This document shows, piece by piece, positions 1-12,342 of a stretch of 64,000 bases of DNA; within the stretch, counting starts at the first letter, position 1, and each line of letters opens with the position of its first letter. Made by a program: the position numbers and the translations under genes. Source of the DNA: Utricularia gibba (taxonomy: Eukaryota > Plantae > Magnoliophyta). The notes below the pieces were generated by a model. The model did no database searches. It was not told where the DNA came from and was given only the letters and a program-made list of their open reading frames with translations. Location of the stretch: NCBI GenBank assembly GCA_002189035.1, contig CM007989.1, positions 2,108,001 through 2,172,000 of the forward strand. The letters run 5' to 3'.

Positions 1-455
1 ACCAGCTGAATTGCTACTCATGTCATCCTTCCAATCAGGTCAAATCAAGTGTTGTTTCATTCAATCAGCACAACTCATTACATAATCAGTGATCACATTG
101 AAACACTAGACTTTCGATCCCCACCACACCCAGGAGACAGATAACATTTTCAAGAATGCAGACCTTCAGGCAGCAGGTAGCAGGTAGCAGGTAGCCGGTA
201 GGGGCTGCCGCCTGCCCCCTTTTTTTTACTATTTTTCAGGATGCTGTCTCTTTTATTTACTGTAGTTCTTGTGCGACAAGTCCGTGGATGAACAGGCGGA
301 GATAAACACGTAGACTAACGCGTATGTTGAGAGGTGGACGAGCATACACGTAATCCGGGTGTTGCTAACTTCCCATTGGACGCAGGTCGGAGGAAAGATA
401 TCCATAAATCTCAGCATTCCCAGCTTCAAAACTTGGAACTCATCCAAGCATCAAA

Positions 456-698
456 ATGACTGGTGGAAAAGGCGGCGGAGGTGCCGGCAAAGGCAGCGGC
501 GGAAAAGGCGGAGGAAGCTCAGGTGGAGGCAGCGCTGGAAAAGGGGTTAGCAGCAGCCATGGATCCCAGAAAGTTGACAGCATGAAGGCCCCTGGTGGCG
601 GTGGCCAGTATATATCCAGGTCTGGTTTCGAAGCGGATCCAAAGGGATACTTCCAACAGCTGCATCGCAGTGACACCCCAGGAAATCAAGGGAAGTAA
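456..698 (+). CDS. Small glycine-rich protein (80 aa), single exon
   Basis: ATG in good context (caaaATGa). Gly/Lys/Ser-rich N-half followed by MKAPGGGGQYISRSGFEADPKGYFQQLH, a motif I recall from uncharacterised plant Gly-rich proteins. Confidence 0.75.
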   Translation: MTGGKGGGGAGKGSGGKGGGSSGGGSAGKGVSSSHGSQKVDSMKAPGGGGQYISRSGFEADPKGYFQQLHRSDTPGNQGK

Positions 699-2275
699 CT
701 CGTGTCTTACTGCAGTATAATAGGATGCTACCCTGATAAATACAGTGGAAATCATGAATAAACACAGTGAGGTTCTTGCTTCTTCAATCCTCATGCACCA
801 ACTACCACCCTAATAAACACGCGCCTCCCCGACTTCAACAATGAAGAAAACAATAAACTCTATTGATTTTATTAACTTTCCTTAAAATATAAAAAAAAAT
901 AATAAATCACGATTTAATCATAATTTGACTATAATTTAATATTATTAATAAAAATAGTAATTTTTTTTAGAAAACAAAGTTTCAATCATAGTTTAAATGG
1001 TGATTAATCGTTCCTATTTGTGTAAATGATTAATTATTTTTTAATGGTTTTAAAATGAAAAAATTGTATTAAATTTAATTCTTGTTGGACCAGAATCGGG
1101 CTCAAGTTATAAATCCAAGTTGCGAGTCGATAACCTCGGGTATGGATCATGGTAAAGGCCCACGAGCTTAGAATAATGGGCTGGATCAGATGTGGTTGTT
1201 GCCCGACTATTTGCCTTACGTGGATGGTGGGGATCAAGTTTTCATACATGGGTTAAATCGGCGTCCATACTCTTATTAATAATTATATTTACAAATAGAC
1301 GGAATGCATCCTGTTTTCTATAGGTAACTTTTTCGAAAAATAAATACATAATTGATTTTAATAAAATTAAAAATTATAATAAAATGAAAATTGATATATA
1401 TTTGAAATTATTTTCAAATAATTATTACAGAATTAATTTATATTTGGAATATAAAAATAATAGTTAATTTTAATATATTAATAATTATATTTTCTAAATT
1501 TATAATTTTAAAAAATATGTTTTATATATCATGTGTATTATAAAAAATATTATATGATTTTTGAATTATAATTTATATTACTAATTTATATTAAAATTAT
1601 GATTTAAAAATTAAAATATCTAAATTATTTATAATAATATTAATTAAATTATTTATAAAAATAGGTATAGTTGTAATTCAATCTTAGAAACACTTTTTAA
1701 AAATCAATTTTCATAAATAAGGTACAATCTCATTTTATGCCTATCATATAATTGAAATGATTCTAAAAAATTAATTATAGTAAAATAGAATTCAATATAC
1801 GTTGAAAATACAGAAACAATGATATCAAAATATAATTAATTCTACCGACTTCCAAACCTTGCTATATGTATTTCAATAAAGATATTAATCCGTTAAATGG
1901 CTTCGATTATGTGTCCGTATCTATGTCTAATGCTTATTTTAATCGTTCACTGATTAATACTATAAAGGTTTTCAAAAATTAACCAACCTATTATGATTTT
2001 AGATTTTTGTGTTTACTTGTTTTAGGAGTTGAAAGATAATCTATTTTAATCCATTCAATTATTGTTTTTCCAAATATATGAAGCACAGTCAAAGTCAACT
2101 TGTGACCATTCCGTGGCACCATCAACCGAAGCATCCAAAAGTCTACTCAGGCATTTACTTCTCCATGAATGGCCTTCATGGGAACCACCACTTGCCCCAA
2201 CACCTGCTGCTGGTCAAAGACTATATATATATCATTTCTGTCACAAAATCAAAAACTAATTATTCGAATAAATGG

Positions 2276-2283
2276 GAATATGC
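2276..2283 (+). promoter_or_regulatory. Possible P1BS (PHR1-binding, GNATATNC) element upstream of the purple acid phosphatase
   Basis: GAATATGC about 335 bp upstream of the PAP ATG (2617). The motif is short and also occurs by chance. Confidence 0.3.
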
Positions 2284-2616
2284 TATTTCTGTTGTGGACG
2301 TTTCTAGAAGTAAGTGATTCAAATTTTTTTTTTGTATTTTATATACAGAAAATTAATTTTTGTTTGAAAGATGATTATTTATTTAATTTCTGCAGAGAAA
2401 AACCATCAAATTCAAATCCCGCTCCCGAGTCCCGTGAATCTCTGCGGACAAAACCGTTGATTCGCGCATCGAATAGAAAAAACCAAGTCGACGGAGACGA
2501 TTTTGATTTTATTGCTGTTCCATTTCCGGTATTTCTATTTATATTACCCCGAATCACCACCGCGGCGAAGGTAGATTTATCGGCGTGGCGGAGCGGCGGC
2601 TCAGAAAGAGCAGAAG

Positions 2617-4598
2617 ATGGGCTCATTGGCAGCGGTTCTTCTGTTTTCCTTTCTCCATGTCGCATCACTCTGCCGCGCGGGGTCACCAGCAAGTTCGTGA
2701 GGTTACAGCAAGCATCCATCGATATGCCCCTCAACAGCGATGTTTTCGCCATACCGCCAGGCTACAACGCGCCGCAACAGGTCTCTTAGCGTTATTGGTA
2801 TTTCGGTGTTGACTTTTCGATGGCTCAACCCTAATGAGGCAACTTCTGGTTCTGTTCTGTGTGTTAGGTACATATCACTCAAGGTGATCGTGAGGGAGGG
2901 CAATCATTGTGTCGTGGATAACAGCAGATGAGCCTGGTTCAAGCCTAGTTAAGTATTGGGCTGAAAATAGTACAAGGATTAGGGAAGCAGAGGGAAAGCG
3001 ACTCACTATAAGTTCTACAATTACACGTCCGGCCACATCCATCACTGCACTATCAGGAGATTGCTGGTACTATATGATTTTTGCCTCTTAGCCTTTCTGT
3101 ATTTACTGGTCTCATGTTGGAAACCTTGCTTCTGACAGCCTGATACTAAATATTACTATACGGTCGGGATTGGGAACACTACAAGAACATTTTGGTTCTA
3201 CAATTCCCCTGCTGTTGGTCCTGATGTTCCCTATACTTTTGGCCTGATAGGTATGTCCAATAAGCAAGCTTAAAACAGGTTAGTCATCAGGGTGAATGGC
3301 TTCTGAGGTTTTTTTTTTTTTGGTTGTAGGGGATTTGGGACAGACTTACGATTCCAACAAGACACTTACACATTACCAGAATAATCCTATCAAGGGCAAG
3401 CATTGCTGTTTTTAGGAGATCTTTCATATGCAGACGATTATCCATACCATGACAATAGAAGATGGGACACTTGGGGTAGGTTTGTGGAGAGAAGTGTGGC
3501 TTATCAGCCTTGGATTTGGACAGCAGGAAACCATGAAATTGACTTCGCTCCAGATATTGTATGCTTGTTCCTTAAAGCACATTTGACAGGGTTTGGTGTC
3601 TTGCTCTTAAAATGCGATGGATGCTGATTTGTTGATGATGGTCTCTTTTCAGGGTGAAACAGATGCTTTCAAGCCTTACTTGCACCGGTATCCTACACCC
3701 TTTCAGGCATCAGGCAGCACGTCTCCGTTATGGTACTCTATAAGGAGAGCTTCGGCACACATCATAGTTCTGTCTTCATACTCTGCATATGGTGAGAATT
3801 TAATCCTAAAAGCGAAATCTAGTTGTATGATTGAAGTGAACGTATGTGAAACATCAAGTTTCTGTCTACCTTGTGTCACCGAAGGTAAATATACTCCACA
3901 ATACCAGTGGCTGCTGAACGAGCTCCCGAAAGTTAACCGAACAGAGACTCCATGGCTTATCGTTCTGCTGCATGCTCCATGGTACAACAGCTACAATTAT
4001 CACTACATGGAAGGGGAAACCATGAGAGTCATGTACGAGTCATGGTTCGTTGAATACAAAGTGGATGTTGTATTTGCAGGCCACGTCCATGCTTATGAGA
4101 GATGCGTATGCAATCCCACTCGTCATCTTCCAGTTTCCCTGTTTAACGGCTTTCAAAAAACTTGGTTTTGATAGCAAGCTTTTACCTTGCAGAAGCGTAT
4201 TTCAAACATCGCCTACAACATCACGAATGGACTGTGCTCTCCAGTGAAGGATCTGTCAGCCCCTGTCTACATAACCATTGGAGATGGAGGAAACATTGAA
4301 GGCCTAGCCAACAAGTAAGCCACAGAAAACTGTCATCTGTTATGCATCTCATCTTGCAGTTGTATCATATAACCAATCTTATACAACTCCTTTTTTCAGC
4401 ATGACGTATCCACAGCCTGCGTACTCCGCCTTTAGAGAGGCGAGTTTCGGACATGGGATCTTTGACATCAAGAACAAAACACACGCATACTTCGGTTGGC
4501 ATCGAAATCAGGATGCATATGCAGTGGAAGCAGATTCAACGTGGCTTCTGAATAGATACTGGAGTCACGCTGATGACTCCATACCACCAAAATTTTAA
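2617..4598 (+). CDS. PAP: Purple acid phosphatase (PAP10/PAP12-like, secreted), multi-exon, with 4 apparent -1 frameshifts in G runs
   Basis: Signal peptide [22 protein letters not shown]; then [32 protein letters not shown]. All metal-ligand motifs present: GDLG, GDLSYAD, GNHE, VLLH, GHVH. GT-AG introns. Frame breaks at about 2680, 2896, 2993 and 3395. Confidence 0.95.
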
Positions 4599-5204
4599 AT
4601 TTCCTCGTCTTTCTGTTGTCTTCTACTTTCTGACAATAAGCATTTGCTTCATATTCAATAACACAATCGAGGCACAGCATATCCATTTCTTGTAATGAGG
4701 CATATTTATCCAGTGATGGGCTGGTAGTTGATAAACCTCCGGGTATTCACAGTGATGAGCGGTGGCTCAGACAGACTTCCCATCGAAAGAAACGGCAGTG
4801 GAGAATGATGTAGCTGAAGCATGCACATGAACATTCCTGCAAGGCAGCAAGAATATATATATATATAAAGCATGTATTACATAGAGGGTGTTGTTTGATA
4901 GCATAGTATAAAAGGCTCATACTTAAATTTACACGTATCAATCTTTTATAAGATAAGGGCTAATTTTATATATATACTCAAACGAAGTCATAGAAGTTTG
5001 CATGTAATGGGATTATTGGGCTGATAGAAGCAGCGTTTACTATGGCATCCCTGCAAGAAAACATTGATTCAATTGTAACAACGCCAGAGGTAGTAGGAAG
5101 CAGCATCCAGGAAAGCCACAACACACAGCTTCCAGCTCAGGCTGTCTGGGACAGATAGATGCCCCTTGATCACCCATTATGTTTTTCTAATATTTTATTA
5201 TTAA

Positions 5205-5526
5205 GGACATGTTTGGTAGGAGGTCTGGAATAATATAGTTTAGAATTATTAAGGTTTAAAATTGAGTTTAAATTTATTCATGTTTAAATAAAAATGAGTT
5301 TGGTATTGATGTGTATTTAAAATCTGATTTATAATGTAAATTAATTAATAGAAAACATTCGATTTATTTTAAACATACAAATGGGGTGAATTTAATTTAA
5401 ACCCAAAAAATTCAGAAAAATAGTATTTAGTTTAAACTTGAACTTAAATTAACACTTCTACCAAATATAGATAATATTAAACCAAACCTAATAAAACCAA
5501 GTTAAACACCCCTGCCAAACAGCCAC
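5205..5526. mobile_element. Degenerate Tourist/PIF-Harbinger-like MITE
   Basis: Left end GGACATGTTTGGTAGG, right end CCTGCCAAACAGCCAC (TGTTTGG/CCAAACA core), flanked by TAA and TTA, with an AT-rich interior. Confidence 0.5.
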
Positions 5527-5806
5527 TTATAGGTTTAGAATGCAACCCATTTTTGTTTTGTTCATATGTAAGTATTTAACATCTTGTGCCATCCCATGAA
5601 ATGGAATATCTGAAATGATTGATCGATCTCCATGGCAATTCTACAATTGATCTGAAATTTCACACTGATAATGAGGATTCAATGGCCAGTCATCATCTTC
5701 ATGAAACCACATAAGAATAAGAGCACGCTTGAACAAAGCGAAAACGAAGCAACAGTGCAACAGGGAAATGCCGGGAGGGAGTCGATTCATGAATGGCAGA
5801 GACTTT

Positions 5807-6461
5807 TCACTGGGTCTTGGGTTTCGGGGATAGAGCCTTTTTCCTCTGCCCAAGCATGTATCCGTACAGGTGAGGGCTCAACGGAGCGTAAACCACCAGA
5901 ATGAACAAGGCGCTGTAGTAGTAATCAAACGAGAAATTCCAAGTGTTGGGCAAACGGATGCTGTACTTCCCCGTTTCCTTCATGTACGGCAGCGCTTTGT
6001 AGATGAGCGCAACTTCGCTCGAGATCCCAGTGGGGTACAACCCAGAAACGTGGTGTACCTCAACCAGTGCAGCCACGACGGCGATGTCCCGAACGCCTCC
6101 CTCGCCCCGAAGTACGAGTATCGGATTATTTCCGTGATCGCCCAGCTCACGACGAGGCTTGAAACGAATACACTGGCTCGGATTTCCGGGAAGCTGATGA
6201 GGATTCCCAAGTGAGGTACAATCGGGATAGGATCTGGGGGACGGTAGCGGAGACAGGGGATCTGACGATTCCGGTCAGGCTGTGGAAGATCTCGAGTAGC
6301 GCGGCGGATTGAGAGAGAATCAGTGGCTTCTCCACGGCAGCGTAGAGGGATTCGGGGCCGGATTCGATTAGGGTCTTGAGGGCGAGGTAGAGCACCAGAG
6401 ACCAGCCGAAGAAGAGGCTCCAATTGTAGAGACTGAGATACGCACGCTTGAGTAAAGCCAT
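5807..6461 (-). CDS. PAS2: Very-long-chain 3-hydroxyacyl-CoA dehydratase (PASTICCINO2/HACD), intronless, 2 apparent -1 frameshifts
   Basis: Three overlapping minus-strand ORFs join into one protein: YLSLYNW...LEIFHSLTGIVRSP, SWAITEIIRYSYF, WLRYTTFL.LYPTGISSEV, YMLGQRKKAL. Breaks are at C runs 6206-6208 and 6041-6043 (G runs on the coding strand). Confidence 0.92.
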
Positions 6462-6940
6462 CGGAGGACTTCGCCGGCGGCGTACACAGTAGAATAAGAT
6501 GGGGCAACCTCTAAACTCACTCTGGCAGCGAATGCGACCGGAATTTATCGGCGCAGGCGGTTGGGAGGACGTTGGTCGCTCAACTAATACACATTTAATT
6601 TCAATTTTCAGGTAATAAACAGAGCAGTGGGAGATGCTTCTGTGAACAGTTGGGCCTGTTCAAATGCATCAATGCAATGAGCCCACCTACTTGGGCCCAA
6701 CCCAATTTACTTGAGTCCAGAGAAGGTGAGTGGGACGTGGTACAAACCTCCACGCTTGCTTGCTCCCTTTGCATGCTTCATGTCATTTTTCAAAACAATA
6801 AATAAATAAATAAATAAAGCAGAGGCCTCCCTTGCCCACTTTTCGTCATGATAGTATGTGATGCGGGTTTTGTGCATGTAATCTTTTCTGCATGTATTTG
6901 ATAGGAATGGGTGCACTCTCTATTTACTTGTAATTTTGCT

Positions 6941-7560
6941 ATGGGGTTCATCTTATTGCTCTCCATTATGATTTCTTTTTGTAATTGCTTTTATAATGTT
7001 AGTTTCAAGAAATGTGATGGAGTTGAAGGTTGTTTCTACATGGGCTCTATATTTTCTGGTTTTGATCGTGGGCTGTCAGTGCTAGACGTCCCATCTATGG
7101 AGATATGCCACAAGGTTGTAACAATGGAGACCTTCAAGATAAAGAACTCCAGTGGCCTGGAATTATTTAGTAAACACTCTGATGAGGTGAATACTGGATT
7201 AAAGGCAAATGCAATTTTTGTGAGGATGATGCCGTACGTACAAGGTTCAGTTGGATTATTTGTTGGCAATGTGATCTCCTTCACAGGATGACACCAGGGG
7301 TTGTTGGAGATGATGCTCCATCCTCAGTTAAATGGTTGAAAGTCAACCACACAGAGGATGATGGAAGTTTTCATAGAGTACTTGGGGTGGGGATCCCTGT
7401 TATTAATGTTGGGAGGTTCAACAAACGCCCTGCGTTTTACATGGAGAGTACATTGGCAGAGGTTTTCCGGCCAACCGTCCTAATGAAGAGTATGTTGAAT
7501 GCAGTAGGTTCACCCATTCCAGGCCAATTTAAGTTGAATTATTTAACTCAGTTGCAGTAA
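6941..7560 (+). CDS. Putative secreted protein of unknown family (206 aa after repairing one -1 frameshift)
   Basis: ORFs 6911-7291 and 7288-7560 fuse if GG at 7286-7287 is GGG. Hydrophobic N-terminus MGFILLLSIMISFCNC and three N-x-S/T sequons. Confidence 0.55.
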
Positions 7561-8157
7561 CACATGCAAGATGTCGATTGACAAATCTTTGCAACAGTGT
7601 ACGCGTCCAAAACCAAACAAAATGTGGTTGGAGTATTAAAGGTGCGAGTAGAGCGCCAAGCTTCCAATCACCATTGGCATTCCATGGGTTTCAGGGAGCG
7701 GTCATTTTCGGCGGGGCAGCTTTTGGCAGCGGCCATCTTCAAAGAAGACGCTTCTATTCATTTTGGCATCGCCCTGCTGTTGTATTTCTGTTTATCATTC
7801 TCTACAACGCCTCACCAAGATTTCCCCTTTTTTCGCCTCTTTTCTCGGTCCCGTGATTTCTCGAGAAGGGTTTCCCGTTTGCTCATATCAACGTTCCTGC
7901 TCCGTGTTACAATGATTTTGGCGTTTTCTCCCGGCATGTGATATGGAAAACAACCAGTCATTTCTTTTGGGCCACCTGAAATGACAGAATACTGTCAATT
8001 ATGTTCTTTTGTTGCTTTGAGTGTGTTGCTGGAGAAAATTTGTGATATGTTCCACTATTTTGTAGAAGGGAATTCTTGAATTTTATTTCCAAGGCGGGCT
8101 TCGCGTGGCTGGTGTTTTTCTATTCCCCAATAAAAAAGCTCAAATTGTTTGTGAGGT

Positions 8158-10706
8158 ATGGGTGAGGTATTTAAGAAAGATGCTGTTGCATCCATGGCTG
8201 TCGTGGAAAAGAAACGACCGAATCCAAGAGGATGCGTTGGCATTTTAGTTCAATTTTTTGATTGGAAACGCAGGTTATCCAGGAATAAAATGTATAAGAA
8301 ATTGCTTTCATCAGGTTAGTTCTTGTAATTATTGTTTTACCGTTGAGATTGACAGAAATCTTCCTGAAGCTCTTTCTTTCTGCACTTTCATCTGGTAGCT
8401 GAGCTCAAACAAGCTTCTAAAAAGTTTGGAGGAATTGAAAGGCAGTCCAAACTTCGACTGGTTAGCTTACTTAGCTGATCCTTGAATTAATCCGTGATTG
8501 TTGTTATTTTAGTTGTAGTAGTGCGCTGAATTACTGCTGCATTTTGAGCTCAGCGATGTAATGCTTTTTTTTTTGTGTGCTTGTTAATGGCATAGATTGC
8601 TTTGGAAAACAGTGGAGGTTTCCCAAAGAAATGTAATGCTGATGCTGCCGCTGTAGATGATGAGCAAACACTTGAAATGGATAAACCAGGAGTGGTTGCC
8701 AGATTGATGGGTCTAGACTCAATTCCAGCAGCATCACAAGGTGTGAACTACAAGAAAATTTCAGCACCTGCAAAAATGCAGGAGTTGAGGGCTCAAAAGC
8801 TTCGAAAAATGGGTGCTTGTGAACGACAGCAAGTGAAAAGTTTTGGATCGCAGACGCTGCAGTTCGTCAATGTTTTACCAAAGTCTAGGAAGCATTATCC
8901 CAAACTTCCTTCTCCAGTAAGAACCCCAGAAATCCTTGTACATTTAAACTGATTGGTACAGCTGCGAAAATCCTGGAGCCTGGAATACAACGAAGTGGAT
9001 TACAGTGTGCCATTACTTGCTTGAATGGGGATTCATTGCTGGAGAAGTGTGATTCTAGCGATAAACAGCCTTTTGTTTTTTCATCAAAATTGTCTCCCCT
9101 GGATGGATCTGTAAAAAGAAGCAAGATTGGACAAGATGTATTCTACCAAAGTATTGAAGAACGGTTGCAGGAGAATTATGCTGTTTTAACTCGCCATATA
9201 GATACTGGTGTTGGACCACAGCAGGAAAAGAATCTGATGCATTCTGGAAGCCATCCCACAGAAGTCCCTGTATCAACAAACACCCACAATAGAATGTGGA
9301 ATCCTATGAGGATATCGCAGTTGAGGGACAGGCCACCTGCCAGCGCAAATTTGATCAATCTAGGAGCAAGTATAAAGAGGCAAACAGCCACAACCGATGG
9401 ACTAAATAGGCTTGCCACCGGTGGATTCATGAGGTCTTCCGCATCTCATATATCACGTAGAATGCAGTGTGATAAATATCAACTGGAGAAGAAAATGATC
9501 AACCAAGAATGCTCTTCGATACCACCAGGTAGAAAAAGGAGGTCTGGTACTACACGTACCTGTAAAGGAGGGATTGAAAGTTTTGGAGGGTCCTCTACTT
9601 TTCAAGATGAATTGGGAACACTTTTGGAACAAAAAACGAAGGAGCTGAAATGCCATGGAGAGGAGTTGGGCGTCAGTGAAACTCAAAAAACCACAGCTAC
9701 AATTTTACAGGATATAATATTGGCATTCTCTCCGACATCAACTCAGCATGATGATTCCAATCACCTGGATAATTCAATATCTTCTAGTTTTTTTAAGGTA
9801 ATGATTCTGTTTCTATGCTGAAACATCATAATGGTCATTTAGGCTAGCTCTGTTTGCATGTGCTGTTGCGGCTTCATTGAGGCTAGTTCCAAGCCATATT
9901 GGCATTCAAAAGACCTTGTTTTGGTTCATCTTCTGTTGCCAGATTGTGCTTTCTGTGAATGTTGAAGGATATCTTGCATGCTTACCATGACATTTCCTCA
10001 GGCAACGCCAAGAACAGAGGTGGTTTCTGAATGCAAGGATCGTAAACCACCCTCACCACACTTGGATTCTGCAGCAAACCCTGGCAAGGAAACATCACTT
10101 GGAATTCTCAAAACCGTCTCAGAAACTTTGTGCACCCTCTCCAGCTTAAATGTGTACCCGAACATGGACAACGATACAGAGATTTTACTTTTGAACGCGG
10201 AGATGATTTTGCAGAGCATGAACATTCCAAGTTCGATAGAACGAAGAGGCTATTCCATCCAAAGCTTGCTCATCGATGAACTAGAAGCACTGGCTGCTAA
10301 TCTGTGCCAGAAATTTGGTCCCACTCTTGGCATTAGAGACGAAAAGGAGATACACAGAATGAAAAGATTTGGCGTGGATGCCATTTTGGAATACTTAAGC
10401 TCAAGAGTCGGAAGATACCCCTTTGAAGGATCCAAGAAACCAAAGCTTCGTGCGGATGACTTGATGATGGAGGTCGTGGACGAAATTGCGAGATGGGGCG
10501 AGCTGTCTGTCCTCACCCTTGGTAACATGATCGACCAGCAGGTGAGCAGCAGCAGCAGCTCAGTAAAATGGATGGAGCTGGAGATAGAAGCAGAAGAATT
10601 TGCCGTACAGATGGGTCATGATTTATTTGGGAGTTTGTTAGATGACACCGTGACAGACTTATGCCATGGTAACAACCCATGTTTTAAAACTTGGGTTGAA
10701 TTTTAG
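8158..10706 (+). CDS. DUF3741 (VARLMGL) / DUF4378 TRM-LONGIFOLIA-type protein, multi-exon, 1 apparent -1 frameshift
   Basis: N-terminal GCVGILVQFFDWKRR, PGVVARLMGLDSIP, KLIGTAAKILEPG, and a DUF4378-like C-terminus (MEVVDEIARW...FGSLLDDTVTDL). Frame break at C run 8924-8927. Confidence 0.85.
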
Positions 10707-11361
10707 GTTCAATTCATATCATTCTCAATCCCAATAATTTTTATAAAAAAAATCTACAAATTAGAAATATAAATTTAAATAATTATTTTGTTTTTTAATT
10801 GTTATTATGAAAAGAATTGCGGTCAAAAAAGTGTGAGGGGCGGAACGGAACACGAGGTGAGGTGGGTGCAGCCCTGGCCCTCGCTTTGCCCTTGTTGGGG
10901 CGGGAGATGTGGCATCGCAGCAAGTTTCGAAAATCACAGTCTTTTTGATGGAATTTAATCCGACAACGTTAGGCCAACATGGTATTTTTGTAAGGTATTC
11001 CCCAATGGCTGGCTATAAAGTATACAAAATAGTTGTGGTATGATAAAAGGAAGGGCTTGGGCAGGATCATAAATGCAACCCAACAAGTCCTAGTCATGAT
11101 GTGTCTGCAATGGGCATAGGGCAAGGAGTTGATTTGGAGATGCAGTTGTTGCAGGCATGGTGGTGAGGGTGGGGTGGTGCTGGTTTAGATTAAGAGACCC
11201 AATCATTGTACTTTCTACGACATGCATTTAAAGCCAGGCTCGATGATGATAACACGGTGCCGGCCGGTGCCGCATATTTGCAGCCCCTTTTTGTGGCCAA
11301 CAACGAAATAAGCTGAAAATTAGCGCCCAATTAACGTACCAGGTGTTTACTTACATTCAAG

Positions 11362-11769
11362 TCACTGCTCCGGTATGGAGACAAGGACCGGGCGCCACAC
11401 TCTGCGCAGCAGCCGCTGTCGGATAGTGGCCGAGATGGGCCTCAGATTTCGGGTCCCCCGTCCGACTCTTCTGTTCATCCCCGCCAGTCCTAGTTCCCGC
11501 GGATTGTTCTCGATTGCCTTTTCTAGGACTCCAGGAGGCGACGAAACGAACAGATCCATCAGTTTCTGGCCTTTCCTGATCTCCTCTGGCGAGTCCTCCG
11601 CGCAGGAGTCCCGATCGGGAGACGCAGCGGCGGGGATTCCGCGGAACAGCATGCGGAGAGTCTTTCTCCGGCGGAGGTGGATGACGGGGCTGGCGGTCGG
11701 GCTCTTTGTAGGGCTGCCGGCGAGGGCGCACTGGGCCGCGATGAGCTTGAATTTATTGAGCGTCGCCAT
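11362..11769 (-). CDS. Conserved uncharacterised small plant protein (135 aa), single exon
   Basis: MATLNKFKLIAAQCALAGSPTKSP...RRRKTLRML...KLMDLFVSSPP...RLLRRVWRPVLVSIPE matches the block pattern of a plant family I recall but cannot name. GC-rich, intact ORF. Confidence 0.8.
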   Translation of the reverse strand: MATLNKFKLIAAQCALAGSPTKSPTASPVIHLRRRKTLRMLFRGIPAAASPDRDSCAEDSPEEIRKGQKLMDLFVSSPPGVLEKAIENNPRELGLAGMNRRVGRGTRNLRPISATIRQRLLRRVWRPVLVSIPEQ

Positions 11770-12342
11770 TTTGATTTTGGGTGAAGAAATCGAGGGAATT
11801 CGGAGAAGAAAACGATGTGTAAAGAAAAGGATGTTTGAGGGGGGCCGGGGAAGTTCTTCCGGGGAATATTTAAAACGCCAACGCAACGCAACCCGACATC
11901 GGATCCGAACACACACACAACCCGACGGTTCGGTTCTCTGAGGAAACTTTCCGGATCCCAGGGTTGATTGAAATCTCTGTTTTTGAATTGATCTTAGCTT
12001 TTAAAATAATTTGTATACGCAGTTAATTAATCACGCAATTGGTGGAAATAAATACATTAGGTGAAAATCTATGTTCATTTTGTTTTAAAAATTTTGATTC
12101 AATTATTTTAAATCGTAAATTACGTATCATAAAAATTTTATTAAATTTAGTAAAATTATGATTAAATTGATTTGAATTACGTTCTAGATTGATCACGACT
12201 CATTGTGATAAAAATGTATCGAGAAAAAAACGAGAAAGATTGAGACGTGCCACGCGGGTGGAAATGGAATGTGCCACGAATACCATCTTCGCGATTCTTT
12301 TGGTCCAGCTTCGATCGAACTCATTGTGATTGCATCAAGAAG

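Noticed and set aside
171-222. Short 7-bp tandem (GCAGGTA x3) with a GC-rich semi-palindrome
   Set aside because: No matching partner end or TSD. It is too short to assign.
2169-2616. 5' extension of the 206-aa ORF upstream of PAP
   Set aside because: The AT-rich promoter sequence is open only because of the PAP frameshift. The real start is the signal-peptide ATG at 2617.
4752-4818. GTGATGA...CTGA pair suggesting a C/D snoRNA (a similar pair lies near 46335)
   Set aside because: No terminal stem and no recognisable rRNA-complementary guide.
7578-7941. Overlapping ORFs of 92 and 114 aa
   Set aside because: No domain. They look like the promoter/5'UTR of the TRM-like gene.
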